Shown here piece by piece: positions 34,461 through 44,253 of a DNA stretch of 64,000 bases (within the stretch, counting starts at the first letter, position 1; each line of letters opens with the position of its first letter). Under the pieces are notes generated by a model, which was not told the DNA's origin, did not search any database, and saw only the letters and a list, made by a program, of their open reading frames with translations. A program made the position numbers and the translations under genes. The stretch covers positions 1,427,772 through 1,491,771 of the forward strand of contig OZ242353.1 of NCBI GenBank assembly GCA_965208755.1, in the 5' to 3' direction. The DNA comes from Candidatus Multivorans sp. GTDB taxonomy: Bacteria; Acidobacteriota; Thermoanaerobaculia; Multivoradales; Multivoraceae.

Positions 34461-35699
34461 ATGGCGCACCACACCACGCGACGCGCGTTCCTGGGCGCGG
34501 TCGGAGCGGCCGGCGGCGCAACCGTCGCCTGCGGTTCCGGTGTCACCGTCCGTTCCGCGGAGCCCGCGTTGAGCCACGAGCCGATTCCCCTCGACACGCC
34601 ACTCCCGGTGGAGAACGTGCCGACGCCAGCGCTGCTCATCGACGTCGCCAGGATGGAGCTGAACCTGGCGAAGATGGCCGCCCACGCCGAGGAACGGGGA
34701 ATCTCGCTGCGCCCGCACACGAAGACCCACAAGTGCCCGCTCCTGGCGAAACGCCAGATGGAACTGGGCGCGGTCGGCGTCTGCTGCGCCAAGGTCAGTG
34801 AGGCGGAGGTCATGGTCGAGGCAGGCATAGACGAGGTCCTGATCACCTCGCCGGTCGTCACGGACGACAAGATCGGGCGGGTCGTCGCACTCTCGACGCA
34901 GAGCCCGGAAGTCACCCTGGTGGTCGACAACAGGGCCGCGGCCGAACGGCTCCACGAGGCCGCGGTCGCCGAGGGCGTCACGCAGCGCGTCCTGGTCGAT
35001 CTCGATGTCGGCACCCGGCGTACCGGCGTCGCCACCGGCGAACCGGCGCTCGAGCTGGCGCGGAGGATCGACGGTCTGCCCCATCTCGACCTGCGCGGTC
35101 TTCAGGCCTACGCCGGCCACCTGATGCACGTCCACGGCCACGCCGAGCGGCAGGCCCGGTCGCTCGAGGCACTCGCGGCCGCGGTCGAGACGAGGCGGCT
35201 GATCGAGGCCGACGGCCTCTCCGTCAGCGTGTTGAGCGGCGGCGGCACGGGCACCTGGGACATCGACTCGGAGGTCGATGGCATGACCGACCTGCAGGTC
35301 GGTTCCTACCTGTTCATGGACGAGCAGTACCTGCGAATCGGCGGTCGCAACGGGGACGTCTTCGACGACTTCGAGACCTCGCTCTTCGTGCAGGTGACGG
35401 CGATCAGCCAGCCGGTGCCCGAACTGATCACGACCGACGGCGGCTACAAGGCGTTCGCCTCGGACGCGGACCGCCCGCAGCTCGCCGACCTCGGCGGCGT
35501 GGTCTACGGCTGGGGCGGCGACGAGCACGGGATACTCCGGATCGCCGAGGCGTCCAGGCCCGTGCAACTCGGCGACCGGCTCCGCTGCATCACGCCCCAC
35601 TGCGACCCGACCGTCAACCTCTACGACGTGTACTACCCGGTACGGGACGGTCGGGTGGAGGAGCTGTGGCCGATCAGCGCCCGGGGCAAGTCCCAGTAG
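34461..35699 (+). CDS. D-serine dehydratase-like / D-threonine aldolase family PLP enzyme (alanine racemase N-terminal fold) with Tat signal
   Basis: 'TRRAFLGAVGAAGG' Tat-like signal; 'HTKTHKCPLLAKRQMELGAVGVCCAKVSEAE' PLP-lysine region typical of the DSD1/D-TA family. Confidence 0.6.
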   Translation: MAHHTTRRAFLGAVGAAGGATVACGSGVTVRSAEPALSHEPIPLDTPLPVENVPTPALLIDVARMELNLAKMAAHAEERGISLRPHTKTHKCPLLAKRQMELGAVGVCCAKVSEAEVMVEAGIDEVLITSPVVTDDKIGRVVALSTQSPEVTLVVDNRAAAERLHEAAVAEGVTQRVLVDLDVGTRRTGVATGEPALELARRIDGLPHLDLRGLQAYAGHLMHVHGHAERQARSLEALAAAVETRRLIEADGLSVSVLSGGGTGTWDIDSEVDGMTDLQVGSYLFMDEQYLRIGGRNGDVFDDFETSLFVQVTAISQPVPELITTDGGYKAFASDADRPQLADLGGVVYGWGGDEHGILRIAEASRPVQLGDRLRCITPHCDPTVNLYDVYYPVRDGRVEELWPISARGKSQ

Positions 35700-36244
35700 T
35701 CGAGCGACGCCCCATCGTCGGCGTGATGGGTTCCGGCGCCGAGAGCCACGAGGACCTCGCCGCGCCCCTGGGCCGGGCGATCGCCGGGAACGGCTGGCAT
35801 CTGCTGACCGGCGCCGGCCGCGGCACGATGACGGCCACGAGCCGCGCCTTCGCCGAGACCGAGGACCGGGAGGGACTGTGCCTCGGAGTCGTTCCGAGCC
35901 AGGAGGACGGCGACGGCTCGCCTGCCGGCTACCCGAACCCGTGGGTCGAAGTGGTGATCCGCACTCACCTGCCGCTGTCCGGCGCGTCCGGCACCGGCCC
36001 CTTCTCACGCAACCACATCAACGTCCTCTCCGCCGACGCCGTGGTCGCCCTGCCGGGCAGCGCCGGCACCTGGAGCGAGATCGAGCTGTCGCTCCGCTAC
36101 GAACGGCCGCTGGCCCTCCTCGACCGTCCGCCCGGCGACAGCGACCAGTCGACCGCCGCGGCCGCGGCCGGCGCGCGCGTGTTCACCGATCTGGACCAAC
36201 TCGTCGACTGGCTTCGCCGCACCGTTACCATCCCGCCCCGATGA
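35666..36244 (+). CDS. LOG-family / TIGR00725-like Rossmann protein
   Basis: 'VGVMGSG', 'LLTGAGRGTM', 'ALPGSAGTWSE' (LOG/SLOG motifs). Start uncertain (35666 or ATG at 35726). Confidence 0.5.
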   Translation: MADQRPGQVPVVERRPIVGVMGSGAESHEDLAAPLGRAIAGNGWHLLTGAGRGTMTATSRAFAETEDREGLCLGVVPSQEDGDGSPAGYPNPWVEVVIRTHLPLSGASGTGPFSRNHINVLSADAVVALPGSAGTWSEIELSLRYERPLALLDRPPGDSDQSTAAAAAGARVFTDLDQLVDWLRRTVTIPPR

Positions 36245-37119
36245 ACAGCGCGGTCCAGGAGATGATCGACCTGCTCCAGATGGAGCAGATCGAGGAGAAC
36301 CTGTTCCGGGCGCAGAACGGTCCGGGCAACCACGTCTTCGGCGGCCAGGTGCTGGGCCAGGCCATCGTCGCCGCCTCGAAGACGGTCGAGAACCGTCACC
36401 TGCATTCCATCCACGCCTACTTCCTGCGCCGCGGCGACCCGGAGCGGCCGATCCTGTTCGACGTCGATCGCATCCGCGACGGGAGGAGCTTCACCACGCG
36501 CCGCGTCGTCGGCATCCAGCACGGCAGAGCCATCTTCAACATGTCCTCGTCCTTCCAGGTCGAGGAAGGTGGCCTGGAGCACCAGTCCGACATGCCGCAG
36601 GTGCCGCCGCCCGACGATCTGGCCTCCGACGGGGACATCTACCGGAAGATGGCGAAGGACGACCCGTCCTACAGGCGCTTCGCCCACCGCTTCGACGTGA
36701 TCGACAGCCGCCAGGTCGAGGGAATCCAGATGCTGCCCCGCGAGGGCCGTCAGGCCAAGGAACCGCGAAAGAACACCTGGCTCCGCTGCCGGGAGCGCCT
36801 GCCCGACGACCGCACCGTCCACCTCTCCTTCCTCGCCTACATGTCGGACCTGGACTTCATGGCCGTCTCGATGCAGCCGCACGGCCCGTCGATGAAGGGC
36901 TACCGAATCCAGGGCGCCAGCCTCGACCACGCCCTCTGGTTCCACCGCCCCTTCCGCGCCGACGAATGGCTCCTCTTCAGCAAGGAGAGCCCGACGGCCG
37001 CCCGCGCCCGCGGCTTCGTCCGCGGCCACGTATTCAACCGCGACGGCGAACTCGTCGCCTCGGCAAGCCAGGAGTGCCTGATCCGGTTGCGGGAGCGGGA
37101 GCACAGCGTCGCGGGGTGA
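36241..37119 (+). CDS. tesB: Acyl-CoA thioesterase II
   Basis: Double hot-dog architecture; 'LHSIHAYFLRRGD', 'FHRPFRADEWLLF'. Confidence 0.7.
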   Translation: MNSAVQEMIDLLQMEQIEENLFRAQNGPGNHVFGGQVLGQAIVAASKTVENRHLHSIHAYFLRRGDPERPILFDVDRIRDGRSFTTRRVVGIQHGRAIFNMSSSFQVEEGGLEHQSDMPQVPPPDDLASDGDIYRKMAKDDPSYRRFAHRFDVIDSRQVEGIQMLPREGRQAKEPRKNTWLRCRERLPDDRTVHLSFLAYMSDLDFMAVSMQPHGPSMKGYRIQGASLDHALWFHRPFRADEWLLFSKESPTAARARGFVRGHVFNRDGELVASASQECLIRLREREHSVAG

Positions 37120-37166
37120 GAGTCGAGCGGGTTGACATCGTTCCACCGGACTCGGAGACTGGTCAC

Positions 37167-37388
37167 ATGGAGACAATCGATGCCATCGACTTCAAGGTCC
37201 GCTGCCTGACGATCCTCGATCGGGTAGCCGCAACCGGCGAACCCGTGGTCGTTCTGAAGGAAGGCCAGCCAGTCGCTGAGCTACGTCCGGTGCCGCAGTT
37301 CAAGGCCAAGTTCTCGCAGCACGAACTGAAGGGAACGGTCGTCGAGCTCGGGGACATAGTCGAGCCCACGCTGTCAGCGAAACACTAG
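37167..37388 (+). CDS. Phd/YefM-family-like small antitoxin/regulator (orphan)
   Basis: 73 aa 'METIDAIDFKVRCLTILDRVAATGEPVVVLKEGQPVAELRPV' matches the Phd/YefM N-terminal fold; no toxin gene follows; ends 24 nt before hsdM. Confidence 0.5.
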   Translation: METIDAIDFKVRCLTILDRVAATGEPVVVLKEGQPVAELRPVPQFKAKFSQHELKGTVVELGDIVEPTLSAKH

Positions 37389-37411
37389 GCGCCTCAGAAC
37401 CCCATTCCCGA

Positions 37412-39961
37412 ATGGCCCTGAAGAAGTCCCATCTCTACTCGTCCCTCTGGAAGAGCTGCGACGAACTCCGCGGCGGCATGGACGCCTCCCAGTACAAGGA
37501 CTACGTCCTGACGCTGCTGTTCATGAAGTACGTGTCCGACCGCTACGCCGACATGCCGGACGCGCTCGTCGTCGTGCCGGACGGCGGTGGCTTCGACGAC
37601 ATGATCGCCTGCAAGGGCGACAAGGAGATCGGGGATCGGCTGAACAAGATCATCGGCAGGCTCGCGGAGGCGAACGACCTGAAGGGAGTGATCGACCAGG
37701 CCGACTTCAACGACGAAGGCAAGCTCGGCGCAGGAAAGGAGATGGTCGACCGGCTCACGAAGCTGGTCGCGATCTTCGAGAACCTCGATCTGGGTGCCAA
37801 CCGGGCTGGGGGCGACGACCTACTCGGCGATGCCTACGAGTACTTGATGCGCCACTTCGCGACCGAGAGCGGGAAGAGCAAGGGTCAGTTCTACACCCCG
37901 GCCGAGGTCTCCCGCATCATGGCTCAGGTGATCGGCATCGGCCGCGCCCGCGAACGGCATCAGCCCACGGTCTTCGACCCGACCTGCGGCTCCGGCTCGC
38001 TCCTGCTCAAGGCCGCCGACGAGGCAGCCGTCGAAAACCTGGCGATCTACGGCCAAGAGAAGGACGTGGCGACCTGGGCCCTGGCGCGCATGAACATGAT
38101 CCTGCACGGGCACCCGACGGCCGAACTCGAACGCGGCAACACGCTCGCCGCTCCCGGATTCACGGACGACGCCGGGAACCTGAAGCGGTTCGACTTCGCC
38201 GTTGCGAATCCGCCATTCTCCGACAAGGCGTGGTCGAACGGCGTCCAGCTCGACGACGACCCCTTCCAACGCTTCGAGCCCGGCGTCCCTCCCGCAAAGA
38301 ACGGCGATTACGCCTATCTTCTGCACTTCATCCGGTCGCTCAGGACCGACGGGGCTGGCGCGATCATCCTCCCTCTTGGCGTCCTGTTCAGGGGGCATCG
38401 AGAAGCCGTCATCCGCCGGGTCCTCGTCCGTCGCGGCCTGATCTCCGGGATCATCGGCCTGCCGCCGAACCTCTTCTACGGCACCGGCATCCCCGCTTGC
38501 ATCGTGGTCATCGACAAGCAGAACGCGGCCGCGCGAACGGGCATCTTCCTCGTCGACGCGAGCCGGGGCTTCGCGAAGGACGGCGCGAAGAACCGCCTGC
38601 GCGAGCGCGACATTCACCGCATCGTAGACGTGTTCACGAACCGTCGCGAGGAGCCGCGCTACTCCCGAATGGTCCCGTTGGCCGAGATCGAGTCCGAGGC
38701 GAACGACTGCAACCTGAACATCTCCCGCTACATCGATTCGAGCAAGCCCGAGGACATCCATGACCTCGACGCCCACCTGAACGGCGGCATCCCGGAGCGG
38801 GACATCGACGCGCTCCAGCAGTACTGGAACGTCTTTCCGGGCCTCCGAGACGATCTCGTCGAGACCGTCGGACGACCAGACTACGTCCAACTGCGCGTCG
38901 CGCCAGAGAAGCTCCGCTCCGCCATCCTCGGCCACCGGGAGTACGAGAGCTTCGCCGAACGCGTCCGCGCCACCTTCGAGAGCTGGCGCGCGGCCCACGA
39001 GCCCGCGCTCAAGAGCATCGGCCCCGACACCCGCCCCGCGGATCTGATCCGCGACCTCTCCGAGGACGTGCTGACGAGGTTCGCCGACGTACCGTTGCTG
39101 GACCCGTACGACCCCTACCAGAGGCTGATGGACTACTGGGCCGAGGTCATGCAGGACGACGTCCACTTGATCGTCGCTGAAGGCTGGAAGAAGGCTGGCC
39201 GCGCGGTGCGTCTCGCAGAGAAGGGCGAGACCCCGGACCTGGCATTGAAGAACGGCCGGAAGACACTGAAGTACATCGCCGACCTGCTCCCCGCTTCGAT
39301 CCTAATCGCACGGTTCTTCCCCCCCCGAAGGTCCGAACTTGAGCTCCTTGAGGAGCGGCACGGTCAGGCGGAAGCCGAGCGCGCTGCGCTGGAGGAAGAA
39401 GAGGGCGGGGACGAGGGCGCTCTGGCTGGCCTTGAAGGCAAGAACGGCATCACCAAGGGGAACGTGCAGAATCGCGTCATGGTTCTTCGCGACGCGGCTC
39501 TGAAGTCGTTCGCGCTCGGGACGAGCCGCTACCGGCAGGCCGCCGCCATCAGAAAGACGACGTTCGGCACCAAGCCCTGGACGCGCGGAACCGAGGACCC
39601 GGATGGGCTGTTCAGGGAGCTCGACGCGCTACACGATTGGCTCCGGCACCACGCGGCAGAGACGAAGCTCAAGAAGGACCTGGGCGCGAGGCGAACAGAA
39701 CTCCAGAGCGCAACGTACTCAAGGTACGCCAGCCTGACCATGGGCGAAGTTAGGAGCCTGACCGTCCAAGACAAGTGGCTGAACAGTCTTCGCACCTGTG
39801 TCGATGTCGAGGTGGAAGCGATGTCCGGTCTACTCGCCGATCGCCTTGAACAACTGGCGAGCCGCTACGCAGAGCCTCTGCCGATGGTTGAACTCGACAC
39901 CGAAACCCTGGCCACCAAAGTCGGAGGTCATCTGACGCGGATGGGCCTGACGTGGGAGTGA
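37412..39961 (+). CDS. hsdM: Type I restriction-modification system methyltransferase subunit (long form)
   Basis: HsdM N-terminal domain 'LWKSCDELRG..YKDYVLTLLFMKYVSD'; motif I 'DPTCGSGSLL'; motif IV 'NPPF'. Confidence 0.85.
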   Translation: MALKKSHLYSSLWKSCDELRGGMDASQYKDYVLTLLFMKYVSDRYADMPDALVVVPDGGGFDDMIACKGDKEIGDRLNKIIGRLAEANDLKGVIDQADFNDEGKLGAGKEMVDRLTKLVAIFENLDLGANRAGGDDLLGDAYEYLMRHFATESGKSKGQFYTPAEVSRIMAQVIGIGRARERHQPTVFDPTCGSGSLLLKAADEAAVENLAIYGQEKDVATWALARMNMILHGHPTAELERGNTLAAPGFTDDAGNLKRFDFAVANPPFSDKAWSNGVQLDDDPFQRFEPGVPPAKNGDYAYLLHFIRSLRTDGAGAIILPLGVLFRGHREAVIRRVLVRRGLISGIIGLPPNLFYGTGIPACIVVIDKQNAAARTGIFLVDASRGFAKDGAKNRLRERDIHRIVDVFTNRREEPRYSRMVPLAEIESEANDCNLNISRYIDSSKPEDIHDLDAHLNGGIPERDIDALQQYWNVFPGLRDDLVETVGRPDYVQLRVAPEKLRSAILGHREYESFAERVRATFESWRAAHEPALKSIGPDTRPADLIRDLSEDVLTRFADVPLLDPYDPYQRLMDYWAEVMQDDVHLIVAEGWKKAGRAVRLAEKGETPDLALKNGRKTLKYIADLLPASILIARFFPPRRSELELLEERHGQAEAERAALEEEEGGDEGALAGLEGKNGITKGNVQNRVMVLRDAALKSFALGTSRYRQAAAIRKTTFGTKPWTRGTEDPDGLFRELDALHDWLRHHAAETKLKKDLGARRTELQSATYSRYASLTMGEVRSLTVQDKWLNSLRTCVDVEVEAMSGLLADRLEQLASRYAEPLPMVELDTETLATKVGGHLTRMGLTWE

Positions 39962-41178
39962 ACACGCCCCTAGGATGGCTGCTAGAACCAGTGGAGACGA
40001 AGGGCGATGTCACCACAGGCAAGGCGCTAGCCGCAAGAGCGCCCGGCAAGCAGCGCCCTTACCTGCGCACGAAGAACGTGTTCGACGGTCGTATCGTCAC
40101 CAACGACGTTCTGACGATGCCGATGACCGACGCCGAGTTCGAGCGCTATCGCGTCCTTCCTGGGGACGTTCTCCTCAACGAGGGACAGAGCCTCGAACTG
40201 GTCGGTCGTTGTGCGGTGTATCGGGACGAGAACGCGAAACCCTGTGCGATGCAGAATCAGCTGCTCCGCTTTCGCGCGCGGCCCGGTGTTTCCGCCGAGT
40301 TCGCTGCACATCTGTTTCGCTACTCGCAGCAGGAGGGTACGTTCGCCCGTATAGCCCTCCAAACAACATCTATCGCCCACCTTGGCGCGACACGCCTGGA
40401 GAAGCTGAAGCTACTCTGGCCTGAGCGGGAGGCCGAACAAGACGCCATCGCCGAGGCGCTCTGCGACATGGATCTGTTGATCGAGTCGCTGGCGACACTA
40501 ATCGCCAAAAAGCGGTCGGTCCGGCGCGGCGTCATGCAGCAGCTCTTCACCGGCCGGACTCGGCTTCCAGGGTTCGACGGAGCGTGGGAGTCAAGGCACG
40601 TCGGCGAACTCGCCGCAGTTTCGATGGGGCAATCGCCTCCTTCGACGTCATACAACACGGTCGGAGACGGACTTCCCCTCATTCAAGGAAAAGCCGATCT
40701 GGTCGGGCACACAACGTCTGCCCAGGTATGGACCACTCGCCCCGCCAAGCGCTGCTCGGAAGGCACCATCGTTCTGACGGTGCGGGCGCCTGTAGGCGCT
40801 GTCGCACGCGCACACGCCGAGGTTTGCCTAGGACGGGGCGTGTGTGGATTGAGCACTACTCTAGGGACGAGATTCCTGTACCTAGCGCTACAGCACGCCG
40901 AGTCGCGGTGGGCGAAAGTCCAGCAGGGAAGCACATTCCTTGCGGCAAATGCAGACCAAATCGCAGGCTTCGCCATCGATGTTCCGGCTGACCCCGCCGA
41001 GAGAACGGCCATCGCCGAAGTCCTCTCCGACATGGATAGCGAGCTCGAATCCCTGGAACAGCGTCTCGCGAAGACCCGCGCGATCAAGCAGGGCGCGATG
41101 CAACAACTCCTCACCGGCCGCATCCGGCTGCCACTCGACAGCGAGGGCCGTCACGACAAGGGCCACGCAGATGCCTGA
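39952..41178 (+). CDS. hsdS: Type I RM specificity subunit
   Basis: Two target-recognition domains separated by conserved coiled-coil repeats 'AIAEALCDMDLLIESLATLIAKKR..QQLFTGRTRLPGF' and 'AIAEVLSDMDSELESLEQRLAKTRAIKQGAMQQLLTGRIRLP'. Confidence 0.8.
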   Translation: MGVNTPLGWLLEPVETKGDVTTGKALAARAPGKQRPYLRTKNVFDGRIVTNDVLTMPMTDAEFERYRVLPGDVLLNEGQSLELVGRCAVYRDENAKPCAMQNQLLRFRARPGVSAEFAAHLFRYSQQEGTFARIALQTTSIAHLGATRLEKLKLLWPEREAEQDAIAEALCDMDLLIESLATLIAKKRSVRRGVMQQLFTGRTRLPGFDGAWESRHVGELAAVSMGQSPPSTSYNTVGDGLPLIQGKADLVGHTTSAQVWTTRPAKRCSEGTIVLTVRAPVGAVARAHAEVCLGRGVCGLSTTLGTRFLYLALQHAESRWAKVQQGSTFLAANADQIAGFAIDVPADPAERTAIAEVLSDMDSELESLEQRLAKTRAIKQGAMQQLLTGRIRLPLDSEGRHDKGHADA

Positions 41179-42586
41179 GTCCCAGACCAGGGAGTGGAAG
41201 CGATCCTGGCGAGACGAACACCTGAAGTGGATCTGCGGCTTCGCGAACGCCCAGGGCGGCGTGCTCGAGATCGGCAAGGATGATCGGGGCGAGGTCGTCG
41301 GCCTCAAGGAACCGCTCAGACTGCTTGAGGACATCCCGAACAAGGTCCAGTCCCTGCTCGGTATCGTCGCGGAAGTCGATCTGAGGTCGAAGTCGGGCAA
41401 GGAGTACCTGGAGATCGTGGTGGACCCTCACCCAAACCCGATCAGCTATCGGGGCGAGTTCCACTATCGCAGCGGCAGCACGAAGCAGGTTCTTCGGGGC
41501 GTAGCGCTGAGCCGCTTTCTGTTGCAGCGTTACGGGCGGACCTGGGACGACGTTCCGTCACCCGGCGTGGCGCTTGGCGACCTGGACGCGCGGAAACTGG
41601 AGGACTATCGCCGGCTGGGCGCAGGCAGCCAACGGTTGCCAGACAGCATCCTGCAGGACACCGACGACGCTGTGATCGACAAGCTCCAGTTGCGGGAAGC
41701 CGAGCTCCTGAAGCGGGCCGCGATCCTCCTTTTTCATCCGGCGCCCCAGCGATTCGTGGTGGATGCCTACGTCAAGATCGGCTACTTCCGGGGCTCGGAA
41801 CTTCTGTTCCAGGACGTCGTGGATGGCGACCTGTTTGGTCAGGTCGACCGGACGATGGACCTCCTTTACACGAAGTACACGCGGGGGCTGATCTCCTACA
41901 ACGGCATCTACCGCGTCGAGACGTTCCCGGTGCCGCGCGAGGCCATGAGGGAGGCGCTGATCAACGCCGTGATCCACCGCGACTACGCTAGGCCAACCAC
42001 GATTCAGATTCGCGTGTACGACGATCGGATCGCGATCTGGAACGCGGTCGACCTGCCTCCCGAGTGGGGCGAGAGCCAGCTCGCCCGGAAGCTGTCGTCG
42101 AAGCCGCACAACCCGCGCATCGCCTACTCGTTCTTCAGGGCCGGGTTGATCGAAGCATGGGGCCGAGGCATCGAGCGGATTCTCGATCTGTGTGAGGAGG
42201 CAGGGAACCCACAGCCTGTCTGGGAACTGGAACCAGGAGGCGAGGGTCTGTGGTTGAGATTCCCGTTTTCGGCGGCGTACCGGGCCGCCGACACTGCGAA
42301 CCGCGCAGCAACCAGTGAAACTCGCCCAGACGGCGAGACTGCCCCGATCGCTACCCCGACTACCCCGGCCACTACCCCGACTACCCCGGCCACTACCCCG
42401 ATGTCCGCGAGAGAGGGCATCCTGGCCTTGTTGAAAACCGATCCGCAGTTGACCCAGCGCGAACTCGCCGAACGAGTGGGCCTGACAAGGAACGGGGTCA
42501 AGTACCACATCAAAGTGCTGAAGGCCGCCGGCCTCATCCGCCGGATTGGCTCGTCGACGGCGGGTCGATGGGACGTGCTGAAGTGA
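41171..42586 (+). CDS. AlbA_2 (divergent AAA) + HATPase_c_4-like + C-terminal wHTH protein (RecG-like putative transcriptional regulator) embedded in the RM operon
   Basis: N-terminal 'REWKRSW..E.LKWICGFANAQGGVLEIGKDD' (AlbA_2); C-terminal 'LLKTDPQLTQRELAERVGLTRNGVKYHIKVLKAAGLIRR' HTH; Thr/Pro repeat linker. Confidence 0.6.
   Translation: MPESQTREWKRSWRDEHLKWICGFANAQGGVLEIGKDDRGEVVGLKEPLRLLEDIPNKVQSLLGIVAEVDLRSKSGKEYLEIVVDPHPNPISYRGEFHYRSGSTKQVLRGVALSRFLLQRYGRTWDDVPSPGVALGDLDARKLEDYRRLGAGSQRLPDSILQDTDDAVIDKLQLREAELLKRAAILLFHPAPQRFVVDAYVKIGYFRGSELLFQDVVDGDLFGQVDRTMDLLYTKYTRGLISYNGIYRVETFPVPREAMREALINAVIHRDYARPTTIQIRVYDDRIAIWNAVDLPPEWGESQLARKLSSKPHNPRIAYSFFRAGLIEAWGRGIERILDLCEEAGNPQPVWELEPGGEGLWLRFPFSAAYRAADTANRAATSETRPDGETAPIATPTTPATTPTTPATTPMSAREGILALLKTDPQLTQRELAERVGLTRNGVKYHIKVLKAAGLIRRIGSSTAGRWDVLK
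42351..42400. repeat. 21-bp tandem repeat (about 2.4 copies) encoding a P-T-T-P-A-T-T-P linker
   Basis: 'ctaccccgactaccccggcca' x2 plus a partial copy, inside the AlbA_2/HTH gene. Confidence 0.7.
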
Positions 42587-42608
42587 GACCCGCAGGGCTT
42601 CCAGCGAA

Positions 42609-44253
42609 ATGACCTCCGTCGGCCAGCGGGAAAGCCGTACCCAGAAGCGCGTGATCGTCCGCCTCCAGGCTCTCGGCTACGAGTACCTGGGCCACTGGAA
42701 GAACCGCGAGGCCAACGCGAACGTCGAAGAAGACCGCCTACGGGCCTGGCTCGCGAATCGACACCTGACGGACGGGCTCGCGGGGAAAGCGCTCGAGAAA
42801 CTCCGCGGGGCCGCGGAGTTCGGAGGCGCTCGGACGCTCTACGAAGCGAACCGCGAGGTCTACAACCTCCTCAGGTACGGAGTAAAGGTCAGGCCGGAAG
42901 TCGGCGAGAACCACGAGACGGTCTGGCTGATCGACTGGGAGAATCCCGATCGCAACGACTTCGCCGTCGCCGAGGAAGTGACGGTCACCGGGAAGCGGAA
43001 CAAGCGGCCGGACATCGTGTTCTACGTGAACGGCATCGCCCTCGCCGTCATGGAACTCAAGCGGTCCACGGTTTCCGTAGCCGAGGGGATCAGGCAGAAC
43101 CTGGACAGCCAGAAGAAGGAGTTCATCCAGCACTTCTTCTCCACGGTGCAGCTCGTGCTGGCTGGAAACGAGACGGAGGGCCTCCGTTACGCCGCGATCG
43201 GTACCCCCGAGAAGCAGTGGCTGCGCTGGAAGGAGGCCGGGGCGGCGCCGTCGGCAGGGTACAACCCCTTGCCCGAGGAACTGGGTCAACTCTGCAGCAA
43301 GCGACGACTCCTGGAAGTGATCCACGACTTCGTCGTCTTCGACGCCGGGACGAAGAAGATCTGCCGCCCCAACCAGTACTTCGGCGTGAAGGCGTCCCAA
43401 GAGCGGATTCTGAAGCGCGAGGGCGGCATTCTCTGGCACACGCAGGGCAGTGGCAAGAGCCTGACGATGGTGTGGCTGGCGAAGTGGATACGGGAGAACG
43501 TGGGAGATTCCCGCGTTCTCATCGTTACCGATCGCAAGGAGCTCGACGAGCAGATCGAGATGGTCTTCGAGGGAGTCAACGAGCACATCCGGCGAACGAC
43601 AAGCGGCGCCGACCTAGTCAAGGTCCTGGACGCGGGAGTGGACGACCTGGCCTGCTCGCTGGTCCACAAGTTCGGGGCTTCGGAGGAAGGCGACGTCGGC
43701 CGCTACCAGGACGAGCTTGAAGAACACGTGCCGGCGGGCTTCAACCCGCCGGGCACGTTCTTCGTCTTCGTCGACGAGTGCCACCGCACCCAGTCCGGCA
43801 AGCTGCACGCCGCGATGAAGAAGCTGCTGCCCGGCGCCACTCTCATCGGCTTCACGGGCACCCCGCTTCTCAGGGCGGACAAGCGACGCTCAATCGAGAC
43901 ATTCGGCCCCTACATCCACACCTACAAGTACGACGAAGCTGTGCAAGACGGCGTAGTGCTGGACCTGCGCTACGAAGCGCGCGACATCGATCAGCGGATC
44001 TCCGCGCCGGAGAAGGTCGATCAGTGGTTCGAGGCGCACACGCGCGAACTAACGGACGTGGCCAAGGCCCAGCTCAAGCAACGTTGGGGCACGATGCAGG
44101 CGCTGCGGTCCGCAAGAGATCGGCTAGGGAAGATCGTCGCGGACATCCTCATGGACATGGGAACCCGGGACCGCTTGAAGAGCGGTCGCGGAAACGTCCT
44201 GCTTGTCTCCGACAGCATCTACTCGGCCTGTCGGTTCTTCGAGATGTTCGAAC
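42609..44253 (+). pseudogene. hsdR: hsdR (type I restriction enzyme R subunit), N-terminal fragment, interrupted by IS4-family insertion
   Basis: PD-(D/E)xK 'DIVFYVNGIALAVMELKRS'; helicase motif I 'TQGSGKS'; motif II 'DECHR'. The open frame runs into the IS inverted repeat and stops at 44279. Confidence 0.8.

Noticed and set aside
40940-42586. 548-aa ORF beginning inside hsdS
   Set aside because: The first 77 codons are an alternate frame of hsdS. The gene starts at the ATG at 41171, where the AlbA_2 homology begins.
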